From positions 1 to 44,254 of the forward strand of contig JBBAVU010000004.1 in NCBI GenBank assembly GCA_040397565.1: a stretch of 44,254 nt of DNA, in the 5' to 3' direction. A program made the translations under genes and the position numbers. Below, in pieces: positions 18,301-26,090 of this stretch. Source of the stretch: Pirellulales bacterium. Its GTDB lineage: Bacteria; Planctomycetota; Planctomycetia; Pirellulales; UBA1268. A model generated the notes under the pieces. That model did no database searches. It was not told the DNA's origin and saw only the letters and a program-made list of their open reading frames with translations. Numbering within the stretch: the stretch's first letter is position 1; each line of letters opens with the position of its first letter.

Positions 18301-20354
18301 TCGACGAGCCGCACGTCGATGTCGAACATGAACCGGTTGACCGTCACCCAGTAGTCGTCCCGCACCATCACGAAGCACTGCACGTGCGTGCCGTCGCACT
18401 GCCGCAGCGCGGAGGCGAGGTCGCCGTCGTGGTCTCGACCGTGGGTCTGGAGCCACTGCTCGAACTGGTCGACGACCATCAACAGCTTCCCCCCCTCCGG
18501 GATCAGTTCCCCTCGCCGCAGCCTCGTCACGGCCTCCGTCAGGCTGCAGTGCGGCGGCAGGTCGGGAAACCTCGCCCGGAGCCGGCCAACGAGGGTCTTC
18601 TCGGTGTCGTCGGCGGATGCCTCCACGAAGATCGCGATCACGGTCGGTGACAACCGCGGCAGCACCCCCGCCTTGATCAGCGAAGACTTTCCGCAGCCGC
18701 TCGGTCCGTAGACACACCCCACGGCGAACGTCTCGCCGGGGTCGCGGGCCTCGATCCGCGCCTTGATGAGACGGATCGAATCGGGAAGGCCCTGCAGGTT
18801 CCGCGGACCCGGCACCAGTTCGAGGTAAAACTCGCTGTCGGACGCGTCGAACGATCGCAGTCCCTTCGGCACGACCGGCGGAGGCCCGGCGGCCGAGGGC
18901 TTCGTGCCCGCCGCCGCGGTGGACGCAAGCGGCGCGAGCGGGCGGCCGAAACCGGTGCGCCGCACCACGTGCACGGCTCCATTCTTGTCGCGGATGCCCT
19001 CGGACGGACCGAAGGCCGACCGGACGTCCGGCGGAAGATCGACGTACGTCGCCTCGTCGATGATGAAGTCGCCGCCCGTGCAGGCCGACTGGTGGCGGGC
19101 GCATACGTTCACGACGTTGCCGACCGGCTTGTCGCCGTCCCAGGCCACCTCCCCGGTCGCGGCGCCGGTGCGAAACCAGTGCTCCGCGACCTTGTCGGTC
19201 ACCCGGCGGTTGTGCCCGGCCGTGGCTTCCTGCAGCGCCGACGCAAACCGATACGCGCCCAACGCCGTCTCGAAATGGAGAAAGAAGCCGTCCCCGGCGG
19301 TGTCGATGAGCCGGTAGACGGTCGGCGTCGAGGAGCCGTCCAACTGCGACAACGCCTGCTCCACGTACCCGGCCACCGTCCGCTTCATCTCGGCCGCAGC
19401 CCTTGGCCCCGCCGCCTGCTCGAGCAGGTGGATGCGTTCGGTGAAGCCCTTGAAATCGGCGAACACGAACGTGCCACGACCGACCCGCAGTCCCCGTTCC
19501 ACGGCGGCCACCGCGACGGTTCCCGGGTCCACGGGCAGGGCGAGGAGTTCGTCGGCGATCTCCTGGGCCGACTCGTACCGATCGACCAACCGCGGCCGGA
19601 GCATCTTGAGACAGACCCTTTCGAGCTCCGACGGGATCGACGCGTCGATCTGCCTGGGAGGAGTCGGGGCGGCGGCCACGATCACTTCCGTGAGCCGTTC
19701 GACGGAGTCGCCCTCGAAGGGGCGGCGGCCCGTCAACAACTCGTAGAAGACGACGCCGAGGCTGAAGATGTCCGACCGCGGCTCGACCCGGTGCTCCTCG
19801 CCGCGAATCTGCTCAGGCGACATGTACTCCGGCGTCCCCGCCAGGCGGCGGCCGCGGATGATCTGCGGGGAGAAATCCGTCACGAACACGTCGCCGCGTC
19901 GGTCGAGCAGCAGGTTGCTCGGCTTGATGTTTCCGTGCACGACGCGACGCAGGTGGGCCGCGTGGAGGGCACCCGCCACGATGCCCACGAGCCTCGCGGC
20001 CTCCCCGGGTGGAAGCCGCGACTCCGCGATCCGCTGCTGCAGGCTCATGCCCTCGATGAACCGGCTCACGGTGAAGCAGGGATGCTCCGCGGTCGAGCCG
20101 ACCTCGAACACCGGAACGACGTGCGGATGTTCGATCGCCGCGAACCGGCGAGCCTCCGCCAGGCAGGCCGCCAGGTGCTCGGGGTTCCCGGTCAGTTCCC
20201 GGTGGGGAACCTTGATGGCGACCATCCGTTGCAACTGGTCGTCATGCGCGAGGTACACCGTCCCGAACACGCCACGGCCGAGGGACGACGCCACGCGGTA
20301 CCGGCCGACCTGCGCCGGCTGCCGGCTGGAGGCATGTGGATCGGGGGCTTCCAT
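15387..20354 (-). CDS. Giant multidomain signalling protein: kinase-like (predicted inactive) - class III nucleotidyl cyclase - STAND/AAA NTPase - TM - HEAT-like repeats - FGE-sulfatase (SUMF1-type) domain
   Basis: 1655 aa. Kinase fold: aa 18-272 (19539-20303), with GRGVFGTV, VAIK48 and GTPEYMSPE, but the catalytic loop is VVH-G-N-IKPSN (19929-19937) and the DFG position reads DFS (19869-19877). Cyclase: aa ~290-465, with FVFADFKGFT, DTAGDGFF, GNVVNVCAR. Walker A is GPSGCGKS (550-557) and Walker B is LLMVVDQFEQ. TM helix: aa ~953-972. FGE domain: aa ~1376-1648 (15411-16229), with RIDWYAAAAYCNF, YRMPTEAEMEFA, GNVLEW, RGGSF. Confidence 0.85.
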   Translation of the reverse strand: MEAPDPHASSRQPAQVGRYRVASSLGRGVFGTVYLAHDDQLQRMVAIKVPHRELTGNPEHLAACLAEARRFAAIEHPHVVPVFEVGSTAEHPCFTVSRFIEGMSLQQRIAESRLPPGEAARLVGIVAGALHAAHLRRVVHGNIKPSNLLLDRRGDVFVTDFSPQIIRGRRLAGTPEYMSPEQIRGEEHRVEPRSDIFSLGVVFYELLTGRRPFEGDSVERLTEVIVAAAPTPPRQIDASIPSELERVCLKMLRPRLVDRYESAQEIADELLALPVDPGTVAVAAVERGLRVGRGTFVFADFKGFTERIHLLEQAAGPRAAAEMKRTVAGYVEQALSQLDGSSTPTVYRLIDTAGDGFFLHFETALGAYRFASALQEATAGHNRRVTDKVAEHWFRTGAATGEVAWDGDKPVGNVVNVCARHQSACTGGDFIIDEATYVDLPPDVRSAFGPSEGIRDKNGAVHVVRRTGFGRPLAPLASTAAAGTKPSAAGPPPVVPKGLRSFDASDSEFYLELVPGPRNLQGLPDSIRLIKARIEARDPGETFAVGCVYGPSGCGKSSLIKAGVLPRLSPTVIAIFVEASADDTEKTLVGRLRARFPDLPPHCSLTEAVTRLRRGELIPEGGKLLMVVDQFEQWLQTHGRDHDGDLASALRQCDGTHVQCFVMVRDDYWVTVNRFMFDIDVRLVERANSAMIDLFDVDHAAKVLASFGRAYGRLPDDPGSVSREQAQFLREAIDDLAVDGKVVPVRLALFAEIMKAKPWQPAVLRKLGGAAGVGVAFLEETFGAASVSARHRHHQKAARAVLKCLLPEEGTTIRRRRTWDELLEASGYGRHPADFSGLIDLLNSELRLIVAISEQDDMAASGDGGHDGVSYQLAHDYLVPSLREWLTRGQKETRRGRAELLLADRATVWNARRERRQLPSLWQCLQIRWWTRRRDWTQPQQAMMREAERYYLSRSAIGIVTVLLAAGIAREFFGNLRATVLRERLLVARIRDVPAIVRQIEPYRSRVQPLLEAASRQQATRDDPVRDLAIHLALLPADGSQVEPVLEHLLEARPQDVGVIVASLEPYNQVVAQRLWARLGETSPQTAGSRIRAACALASYEPDSPRWGDVARSVAALMVNEEPLVLGTWSESLRPVKGRLIPPLTDIFLESPSSSLRVRAASVLGDYLSDRPKELAELLLDDFVNGYTIPFTKVEPRAGEVIPVLLAEIDRAMPESTDESVLERAAKRKANAAVGLVKLSRPERVWGLLRQAPDPRIRSYVIDRLATSGAGSVEVADRFDEERDVSVRRAILLILGSYAEENVPSDVRQRMVSRARDLYRHDPDPGIHGASKWLLRMWNDDAWLRETDAALRAEASRRAAVPPATAGPSDATKPSWQFNAVGQTMVVIPGPVEFSMGSPKDDDAATFNDPVHPKRIGRTYAIADTPVTIDQFREFKPDYALPSSLGRDPDLPAVRIDWYAAAAYCNFLSEQEGIPPTQWCYEDVSADGRIDVRPKRNLLDLSGYRMPTEAEMEFATRAGSTTDRPYGESEELLSRYAWSAGNSDGMTHPVARLKPNDYGLFDTLGNVLEWSQNIYLPDPQERLRAATQLDDVEDEAELYAGDAFRNVFRAQRGGSFMHSRWETRSATRINYAVMTDTTDYMGFRVARTVRVVSPK

Positions 20355-20433
20355 GAGGATCCGAGGTGGAGGAAAGCCGTTGCCGGCGGAACCCCCAGTC
20401 TACCCGCACCGGACCGCCCGCGTGCCGCGGCCC

Positions 20434-21045
20434 TCAGGCGATCCCCTCGGCCCGCATGGCCTGCCAGTCGGCGTCGGTCGGCTTCGCGACGGTGCCGAAG
20501 ATGTAGTCCCCGATGGGAAACGCGACGTTGAAGTTCTTGTCGGGATAGCGGTGGTGGAGGAAGTGGTGCCTTGCCACGCCCTTGAATGCGGCCCACTGCG
20601 CGAAGGGCCTCCCCTCGGGCTTGTGCATCTCCAGGTGGATCTGGTTCCACAGCCAGTGATGGAGGCAGACGACCATCGGAAACATGACCGCGGCGGTCGT
20701 CGAGAACCAGACGAGCACGAGGCTCCCCAGCAGCGACTCGAGCACCCCTTCCAACAGGTTGAGCCGTATCCCGCGATCCTCCCCGCGGGGCACCGGATCG
20801 TCGTGGAACGACTTGCGGTACTGCTTGTGGTGCTCGACGGCGTGGCTCGTGAAGATTCGCTGGCGGGCCGCGAGGTTGCGGAAGGGGAAGTGCAGAGGCT
20901 TCTTGTGCATCAGCCGGCAGTGCACCTGATGCTCGATGATGGACATGAGAACGACGAGCACGACGAACCAGCAAAGGACGTGGATCACGAGCGACACGAT
21001 CTCAGGCGTCATGGTGGGGCCCTGGGTGGAATCAAGGGCCCACAT
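20434..21045 (-). CDS. Fatty acid hydroxylase / sterol desaturase superfamily membrane protein
   Basis: About 200 aa with TM segments and three His boxes: HQVHCRLMH, HAVEHH, HHFLHH. An alternative ATG lies at 21012 (MTPEIV..). Confidence 0.65.
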   Translation of the reverse strand: MWALDSTQGPTMTPEIVSLVIHVLCWFVVLVVLMSIIEHQVHCRLMHKKPLHFPFRNLAARQRIFTSHAVEHHKQYRKSFHDDPVPRGEDRGIRLNLLEGVLESLLGSLVLVWFSTTAAVMFPMVVCLHHWLWNQIHLEMHKPEGRPFAQWAAFKGVARHHFLHHRYPDKNFNVAFPIGDYIFGTVAKPTDADWQAMRAEGIA

Positions 21046-21150
21046 GTCGGCGAATGCAGCCGATCTTCTGGGGGCTTCTTAGCGGGGAGGTGTACCAGAC
21101 CGCCCCGCACGGCGTCAGGGCGATTCCGCGGCCTGAATCGACGCTTCGCG

Positions 21151-22641
21151 CTATTTTCCGCCCCGCTTCTTCGACCGAGGGCCGATGCTGCGACGCTTCG
21201 CCGGCCGCGCACCCCCCCCGCCGCGGTCGTGGCGGTGCGGCGGGCGGCGTGATCGATGCGGTTCCCGGGCCTCGGGCGGGTCGAGCCCCTCGTCGCTCTC
21301 GACGATCGTCGGCGCGAAGTGGTGCAGGATCGCTGCCGCGATCTCCGCCGCAGGCCGACCATCCGCGAGGAGACGGTCCACGACCCGCGCCTCGTGTGGA
21401 AACGGGCCGCGGGCGAGCGTCTCTCGCAGGTGTTCCACGATCGTGTCGGCGCGACGGCCCGCGACCATCTGCCCCGTGGGAACCGGTTCGCGTCGAATTT
21501 TCGTGGCGGTGAAACGCTCGATCGCCCGCAGGGCGTGGATGCCCCCGCCGGACACGAGCGTCACCGCCCTGCCCTTTCGGCCCGCCCGCCCCGTCCGCCC
21601 GATCCGATGAACGTAGTCTTCGGGATCGTAGGGAAGGTCGTAGTTGACCACCAGTTCAAGGTCTGCGACGTCGATGCCCCGGGCTGCGACGTCCGTCGCG
21701 ACGAGGAACCGGAACGCACCCTTTCGGAAGCTGTCCATCACGCGGGTTCGCTGGGGCTGCGCCATGCCCCCGTGGATCGGCGACGCGGAGCAGCCTCGAG
21801 CCGCGAGCAGGTCGGCCAGTTCCTCGACCATCCGCTGCGTGTTGCAAAAGATGAGGCCGCTGCGAACGTCGTGGAAGTCGATCGCCCGGCACAGCGCGGC
21901 GAACTTCGCGTGATGCCGCACCTCGTAGTAGACCTGCTCGACGAGGGGAGGGCCGCTGACGGCCTTCTTCGCGATGGCCACGGTCCTGGGATCACGGGAG
22001 TGGTGCCGGACCATCGCCTCGACGGGCGGCGAAAACGTCGCCGAAAAGAAGACCGTCTGCCGTGCGGCCGGGGCCGCGGCGAGCAGCTTCTCGACGTCTT
22101 CCTGGAACCCCAGGTCGAGCATCCGATCCGCCTCGTCGAGGATCAGCATCTTCACGCGGGCGAGATCGAGCGTGCCGCGGGCCATGTGGTCGGTCAGCCG
22201 TCCCGGCGTCCCGACGACGACGTGGGCGCCCCGCTTCAGTTCGACGAACTGCCGCTCGTAGGCGGAGCCGCCGTAGATCGCGACCGACCGCAGCGTCTTC
22301 TTGAACGCCGACAACTTGCGAACCTCGTCGGTGATCTGCATGGCCAACTCCCGGGTCGGGGCCAGGATGACCACCTGCGTCGCCGGCACGTGCGGATCGA
22401 CGCACTCGATCGCCGGGACGCAGAAGGCCGCGGTTTTGCCCGATCCGGTCTCCGATTGGCCGACGACGTCGTGACCCGAAAGCAGCAGCGGAATCGCCGC
22501 CGCCTGGATCGGCGACATCCTCGTGAAGCCGAGCTGGTCGACCGCCCGCAGCATTTCCGGCGAGAGGCCGAGCGATGAAAACGGCTGGCCATCCCCGGCG
22601 ATTGGCAGCCCGGTTGTTTCCATCATGTCCCGCGTGTCCAT
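21151..22641 (-). CDS. DEAD-box ATP-dependent RNA helicase
   Basis: Q-motif region FSSLGL..PIQ, motif I SETGSGKTAAF, motif II DEAD, motif III SAT, then HGGMAQPQR, ARGID and HRIGRTGRAG, with a basic Arg/Gly C-terminal tail. I chose the ATG at 22641 because the track start at 22689 would overlap the upstream RRM gene, whose stop is at 22664. Confidence 0.85.
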   Translation of the reverse strand: MDTRDMMETTGLPIAGDGQPFSSLGLSPEMLRAVDQLGFTRMSPIQAAAIPLLLSGHDVVGQSETGSGKTAAFCVPAIECVDPHVPATQVVILAPTRELAMQITDEVRKLSAFKKTLRSVAIYGGSAYERQFVELKRGAHVVVGTPGRLTDHMARGTLDLARVKMLILDEADRMLDLGFQEDVEKLLAAAPAARQTVFFSATFSPPVEAMVRHHSRDPRTVAIAKKAVSGPPLVEQVYYEVRHHAKFAALCRAIDFHDVRSGLIFCNTQRMVEELADLLAARGCSASPIHGGMAQPQRTRVMDSFRKGAFRFLVATDVAARGIDVADLELVVNYDLPYDPEDYVHRIGRTGRAGRKGRAVTLVSGGGIHALRAIERFTATKIRREPVPTGQMVAGRRADTIVEHLRETLARGPFPHEARVVDRLLADGRPAAEIAAAILHHFAPTIVESDEGLDPPEAREPHRSRRPPHRHDRGGGGARPAKRRSIGPRSKKRGGK

Positions 22642-22663
22642 GGGTGCGACGCCGCGACGGCTG

Positions 22664-22945
22664 TCAGAAACGTCGCCCGCCACGGCCACCGCCGGCCTCG
22701 CGCGGCTTGGCCTCGTTGACCGTGAGCCTGCGGCCGTCGAGGTCCTTCTCGTTCATGCCTCCGATGGCCCGCTGCGCGGCGTCGTCGGTCTGCATCTCCA
22801 CGAACCCGAACCCCTTGCTGCGGCCCGTGTCGCGGTCTTGGATGACCTGTGCGCTCACCACGGTCCCGAACTCGAGAAACATCTGCTCGAGCGTCTCGCT
22901 GGTCACGCTGTACGCGAGGTTTCCGACATAAAGCTTCTTTCCCAT
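22664..22945 (-). CDS. RNA-binding protein with a single RRM domain and RGG tail
   Basis: MGKKLYVGNL (RNP2), KGFGFVEM (RNP1) and a C-terminal GGGRGGRRF tail. AGGAG lies ~9 nt upstream of the ATG at 22943-22945. The gene sits 22 nt upstream of the helicase gene on the same strand. Confidence 0.85.
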   Translation of the reverse strand: MGKKLYVGNLAYSVTSETLEQMFLEFGTVVSAQVIQDRDTGRSKGFGFVEMQTDDAAQRAIGGMNEKDLDGRRLTVNEAKPREAGGGRGGRRF

Positions 22946-23135
22946 GAAACACCACACTCCTACGGATGACCCGGTTTACTTTCGGGGTCACTGCGAAAGG
23001 GCCAGAGAATGGCAGCCCGCCAGAGGATGAAGGCGAGCAAAAAGAAGCGGCAGAGGCTGTTCGCCTGCCACGCATCAAGGATGCTTCGTCCACAACCGAC
23101 GTTGACACTCTACGTGAAATCGGACGGAAAGCAAG

Positions 23136-23170
23136 CAAAAATGGAATGCGGGCGGCCCCCGCCTTCCCGC
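23136..23170 (-). terminator. Candidate intrinsic terminator after the sulfotransferase fusion gene
   Basis: The minus-strand RNA directly after the TAG stop (23171-23173) reads GCGGGAAGGCGGGGGCCGCCCGC. This forms a GC hairpin with GCGGG/CCCGC and GGCGG/CCGCC pairings. It is followed by AUUCCAUUUUUG. Confidence 0.45.
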
Positions 23171-25210
23171 CTACAGCGTTGGCCGGCCCTCCTCCAACCG
23201 CTTCAGATGGTATTTGCCCGCCGTTCCGCGACGCCATGCGGATAGCCATGCTTCTAGATCGCCGGCCAGCCTTTGCATGGCCAGATTCCAGTCCGAGCCG
23301 TCGCGCACCCACACGCACCGCACGCTCGGATACCAGACCGTCCGCTCGCTTCCCAACGGCCACGTGAGCCGCGGCTGCTCCCGGATCACGAGCCACGTGG
23401 GCACGCCGATCGCTCCCGCGAGATGCACCTGCGAGGCCGAGATCGCGATCAGCAGGTCACACGACCGCAGCACGGCGGCAAGCCCGTCGAGATCCTCGTA
23501 CAGATCGACCGGCTCCATCCGGACGCGTCGACCCAGCGGCCGCCACTCGGGGATTCTTCGCGGGTCGGCGTCGTGCTGTGCGGAAACGAACTCGATTCCC
23601 TGGACGGCGAGAAGGTGCCGCCAGCTTTCGAGCGGCGGCAGCGATTTGGCGGCGTTGGCGGTCTGCCAGACCAGGGCGACGCGGGGCCGCAGCGATCGCG
23701 GAAACCAGCGGCGCGAGTACCGCCCGACCCGGGACGGATCCGCAACGAGCCACGGCTCCCGCGGCATGGCCGCGGACGACGGGAGAAGGTAGTGGGAGAG
23801 CCGCTCCCACGTCGCATGGAAGCACGTGCCCGGCGGCACTGCTGGGCTCGACAAGACGCCGCGTGGCACCACGTGGAGTGCCGGGAATCTGCGTTGCACG
23901 AGCGGGATGAGACGGGCATCGACCTCGACGGTGCAATGTGCAGCCATCTCGCCGAGGTTCGAGAGCGCTGCTGTATACCGCAACTCGGCACCGAGGTGCC
24001 GGTACGACTTCCAGATGAAAAGCCGCCTTCCCGCCTCGAGCGGCTCTCCGGCCCAGGCCGCGAGACCACCACCGAATCGGGCCTCGGCCTGCTCGTCGCA
24101 GACCACCTCCATCCGCCATTGCACGGCGAGATCCTGCGTCCACTCGGCGATCGCCATCAATTCCTTCATTCGTTGGATCGACCGCGGATCGGCCCTGAAC
24201 GCTCGCGTCGCACATCGCTTCGCCTCCTCGTAGTCGAGCCTCGAGAGCGCCGCCGAGGATTGGACGGCCTGTTCGTGCGCGACGCTTTCGTCGCGGCGGC
24301 CCAGGATCGCCGCCGAGGGCTCGTACCCACACCCCGCGAGCATCGGCCCCGCGACCGCTTCATACTCATCCACCTCGCGCGGGAGCAGCGTCTCCAGCCA
24401 GCGGCCGATCCGGAGTGCATCGGGAGGGCGTGCCGTGAGCGCGAACGCCTCGCGACGCATCACGCTCGGCTGCACGCGGCCCCCTTCCACGACGCGGTCG
24501 CCGAGTTCCGAAAGCCGGCGGGCGGCGTGTTCGTGATAGCCGATCATCGTCGGCTCGTAGTCCTGCCCCAGGAAGCGGCAGATCCGCTCGAGCACGCCAT
24601 GCGTATCGCGGACGAGTTCCTCATAACGGACCTCCAGATAGGCGGGCAGCGAGGGGCCGTCACGTCGGCCCGCACCGACGGCGTCGCACCATTCCGCCGC
24701 CTGACGTGCGGGCGAGCGGATGGCCACGGACTGCAGCGAGAACCGGGAATGCATCTGCGAGGCGAAACAGTCGCGGCCGTCCCGGATCAGATGGATCACG
24801 TGGACGCCCGGGAGCACCCGGGCGATGCTCAGGAGGAACCGCACGTAGGAAGGGCTCTTGTCACCCACGACAGGCTTCGCATGCCGTTCGCGATAGCGTT
24901 CCCAGACGAGCCACAGCGCTTCGGCCCCCGACCGCCCGCGGCACGCCTCGCGATACGCGTCGCGTTCGATCCCGAGGTCCGGCCACTTGGGTTGCTCGAC
25001 CACGCGGGCGGCGACCTCTTCTCCGGACAGCGAGACCGCGTCGCGGAAGAGGCCCTCAGGAAACGCCGTCTCGGGCGCCATCGTGATCCGCGAATGGGAG
25101 TCGAGCATCAACCGCAGGAGCGTCGTGCCCGAACGAATGGCGCCGACGACGAGCGGCATCACACGCACCGGATCGGCACGCTCGGCACTGGTTGGTGATG
25201 GCGTGGACAT
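23171..25210 (-). CDS. Sulfotransferase (PAPS-dependent type) fused to a helical linker and a GT9-like (heptosyltransferase-fold) glycosyltransferase domain
   Basis: The N-terminus carries a 5'-PSB-like IRSGTTLL and a 3'-PB-like IHLIRDGRDCFAS. The C-terminal ~300 aa (ALVWQTANAAKSLP.., DLDGLAAVLRSCDLLIAISASQVHLAGAIGVPTW) resemble the GT9 fold. The ATG at 25210 (MSTPSP..) is preferred, because the track start at 25348 would overlap the upstream gene by ~100 nt. Confidence 0.6.
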   Translation of the reverse strand: MSTPSPTSAERADPVRVMPLVVGAIRSGTTLLRLMLDSHSRITMAPETAFPEGLFRDAVSLSGEEVAARVVEQPKWPDLGIERDAYREACRGRSGAEALWLVWERYRERHAKPVVGDKSPSYVRFLLSIARVLPGVHVIHLIRDGRDCFASQMHSRFSLQSVAIRSPARQAAEWCDAVGAGRRDGPSLPAYLEVRYEELVRDTHGVLERICRFLGQDYEPTMIGYHEHAARRLSELGDRVVEGGRVQPSVMRREAFALTARPPDALRIGRWLETLLPREVDEYEAVAGPMLAGCGYEPSAAILGRRDESVAHEQAVQSSAALSRLDYEEAKRCATRAFRADPRSIQRMKELMAIAEWTQDLAVQWRMEVVCDEQAEARFGGGLAAWAGEPLEAGRRLFIWKSYRHLGAELRYTAALSNLGEMAAHCTVEVDARLIPLVQRRFPALHVVPRGVLSSPAVPPGTCFHATWERLSHYLLPSSAAMPREPWLVADPSRVGRYSRRWFPRSLRPRVALVWQTANAAKSLPPLESWRHLLAVQGIEFVSAQHDADPRRIPEWRPLGRRVRMEPVDLYEDLDGLAAVLRSCDLLIAISASQVHLAGAIGVPTWLVIREQPRLTWPLGSERTVWYPSVRCVWVRDGSDWNLAMQRLAGDLEAWLSAWRRGTAGKYHLKRLEEGRPTL

Positions 25211-25251
25211 CGCGTCGTATGCCCCGGCGGGCCCGCGGGTGGCACCGCCGG

Positions 25252-25932
25252 TCAGGTCGCCCGCCCGTGCCGTGCCGACTCGCGCATGGCGTCTCGGGCG
25301 CGGCACCAGACGCCGGCATGCGGATGGTCGCGGTACGCTTCGATCCACGGGCCCCCATTCGTGTAGTGGATCATCTTCGTGGTTTCGTCCATTCGGTCGA
25401 GCGAGTTCCAGGCGAGCGGAATCTCGCCGATCTGCTCGTCAGGAATGCCCTGAAAGCGATGGAGGTAGGCGCCGGTCTGCGTGGCGACGGCCTCCCTGCT
25501 CCAAAGGGTCAGGTTTTCGCAGCTCATGATCATCAGGCTCGACCAGTTCTTTCGTGGATAGGCAGACTGCTCGCAGCCATACATCTTCACGGTGTTGACG
25601 GGCCGGTAGTCGTGCTTCACGACGCGAAGCGCAAGGCCGCTCATGTCGAGATCATCGAGCTCCTTGATGTCGGCGAAGCAGAGCATGTCGCTGTCCATGA
25701 AGACCGCCTTTCCCGCAAAGCCGCAGAGGTGCGGCACGAGGAACCGGGAGTAGGTGAACTCCGTCGAGGCCCGCGGGTCCGGCATCCGGTCGAGGCCGAC
25801 CTCGTGCAGCTTCAGGTAGCGGATGTCGAGTGGAATCGAGGCGTGCGCGAGCAGGCTGTGCCGCAGCACGTCCGCCGGCTCGGGGAAACGCGAATCCCAT
25901 CCGATGAAGATCGTCAGCATCCGGAGAAGCAT
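25252..25932 (-). CDS. GT8-like nucleotide-sugar glycosyltransferase (GT-A fold, DxD)
   Basis: The start MLLRMLTIFIGWDSR gives an N-terminal beta-strand at once. FTYSRFLVPHL and the DxD-type motif FMDSDM follow. An alternative ATG lies at 25920. The upstream 58 aa of the track ORF are Arg/Gly/Pro-rich. Confidence 0.5.
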   Translation of the reverse strand: MLLRMLTIFIGWDSRFPEPADVLRHSLLAHASIPLDIRYLKLHEVGLDRMPDPRASTEFTYSRFLVPHLCGFAGKAVFMDSDMLCFADIKELDDLDMSGLALRVVKHDYRPVNTVKMYGCEQSAYPRKNWSSLMIMSCENLTLWSREAVATQTGAYLHRFQGIPDEQIGEIPLAWNSLDRMDETTKMIHYTNGGPWIEAYRDHPHAGVWCRARDAMRESARHGRAT

Positions 25933-26090
25933 ACCAGCGCGGTCGATTCGCCCCGGCGGGCGGAGTCCAGTCGCCGCCGACGTTTCAGCGCGGCCCGGCT
26001 CCACCGCCCGAAACTGTCCCGCACCTGACGGGTACGCCCGTGGGGCGACGACGCCCCGGACTCCCGACCGGCATACGGTTGGTCGAACGC

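Noticed and set aside
21085-21111. GC-rich hairpin GCGGGGAGGTGTACCAGACCGCCCCGC between the helicase stop and the hydroxylase start, considered as an intrinsic terminator
   Set aside because: No U-tract follows it on either strand. It may still be a Rho-dependent or processing structure, but the sequence alone gives insufficient support.
23102-23107. TTGACA hexamer on the plus strand in the low-GC gap
   Set aside because: There is no matching -10 element at 16-18 nt spacing, and no plus-strand gene lies downstream, since the next genes are on the minus strand.
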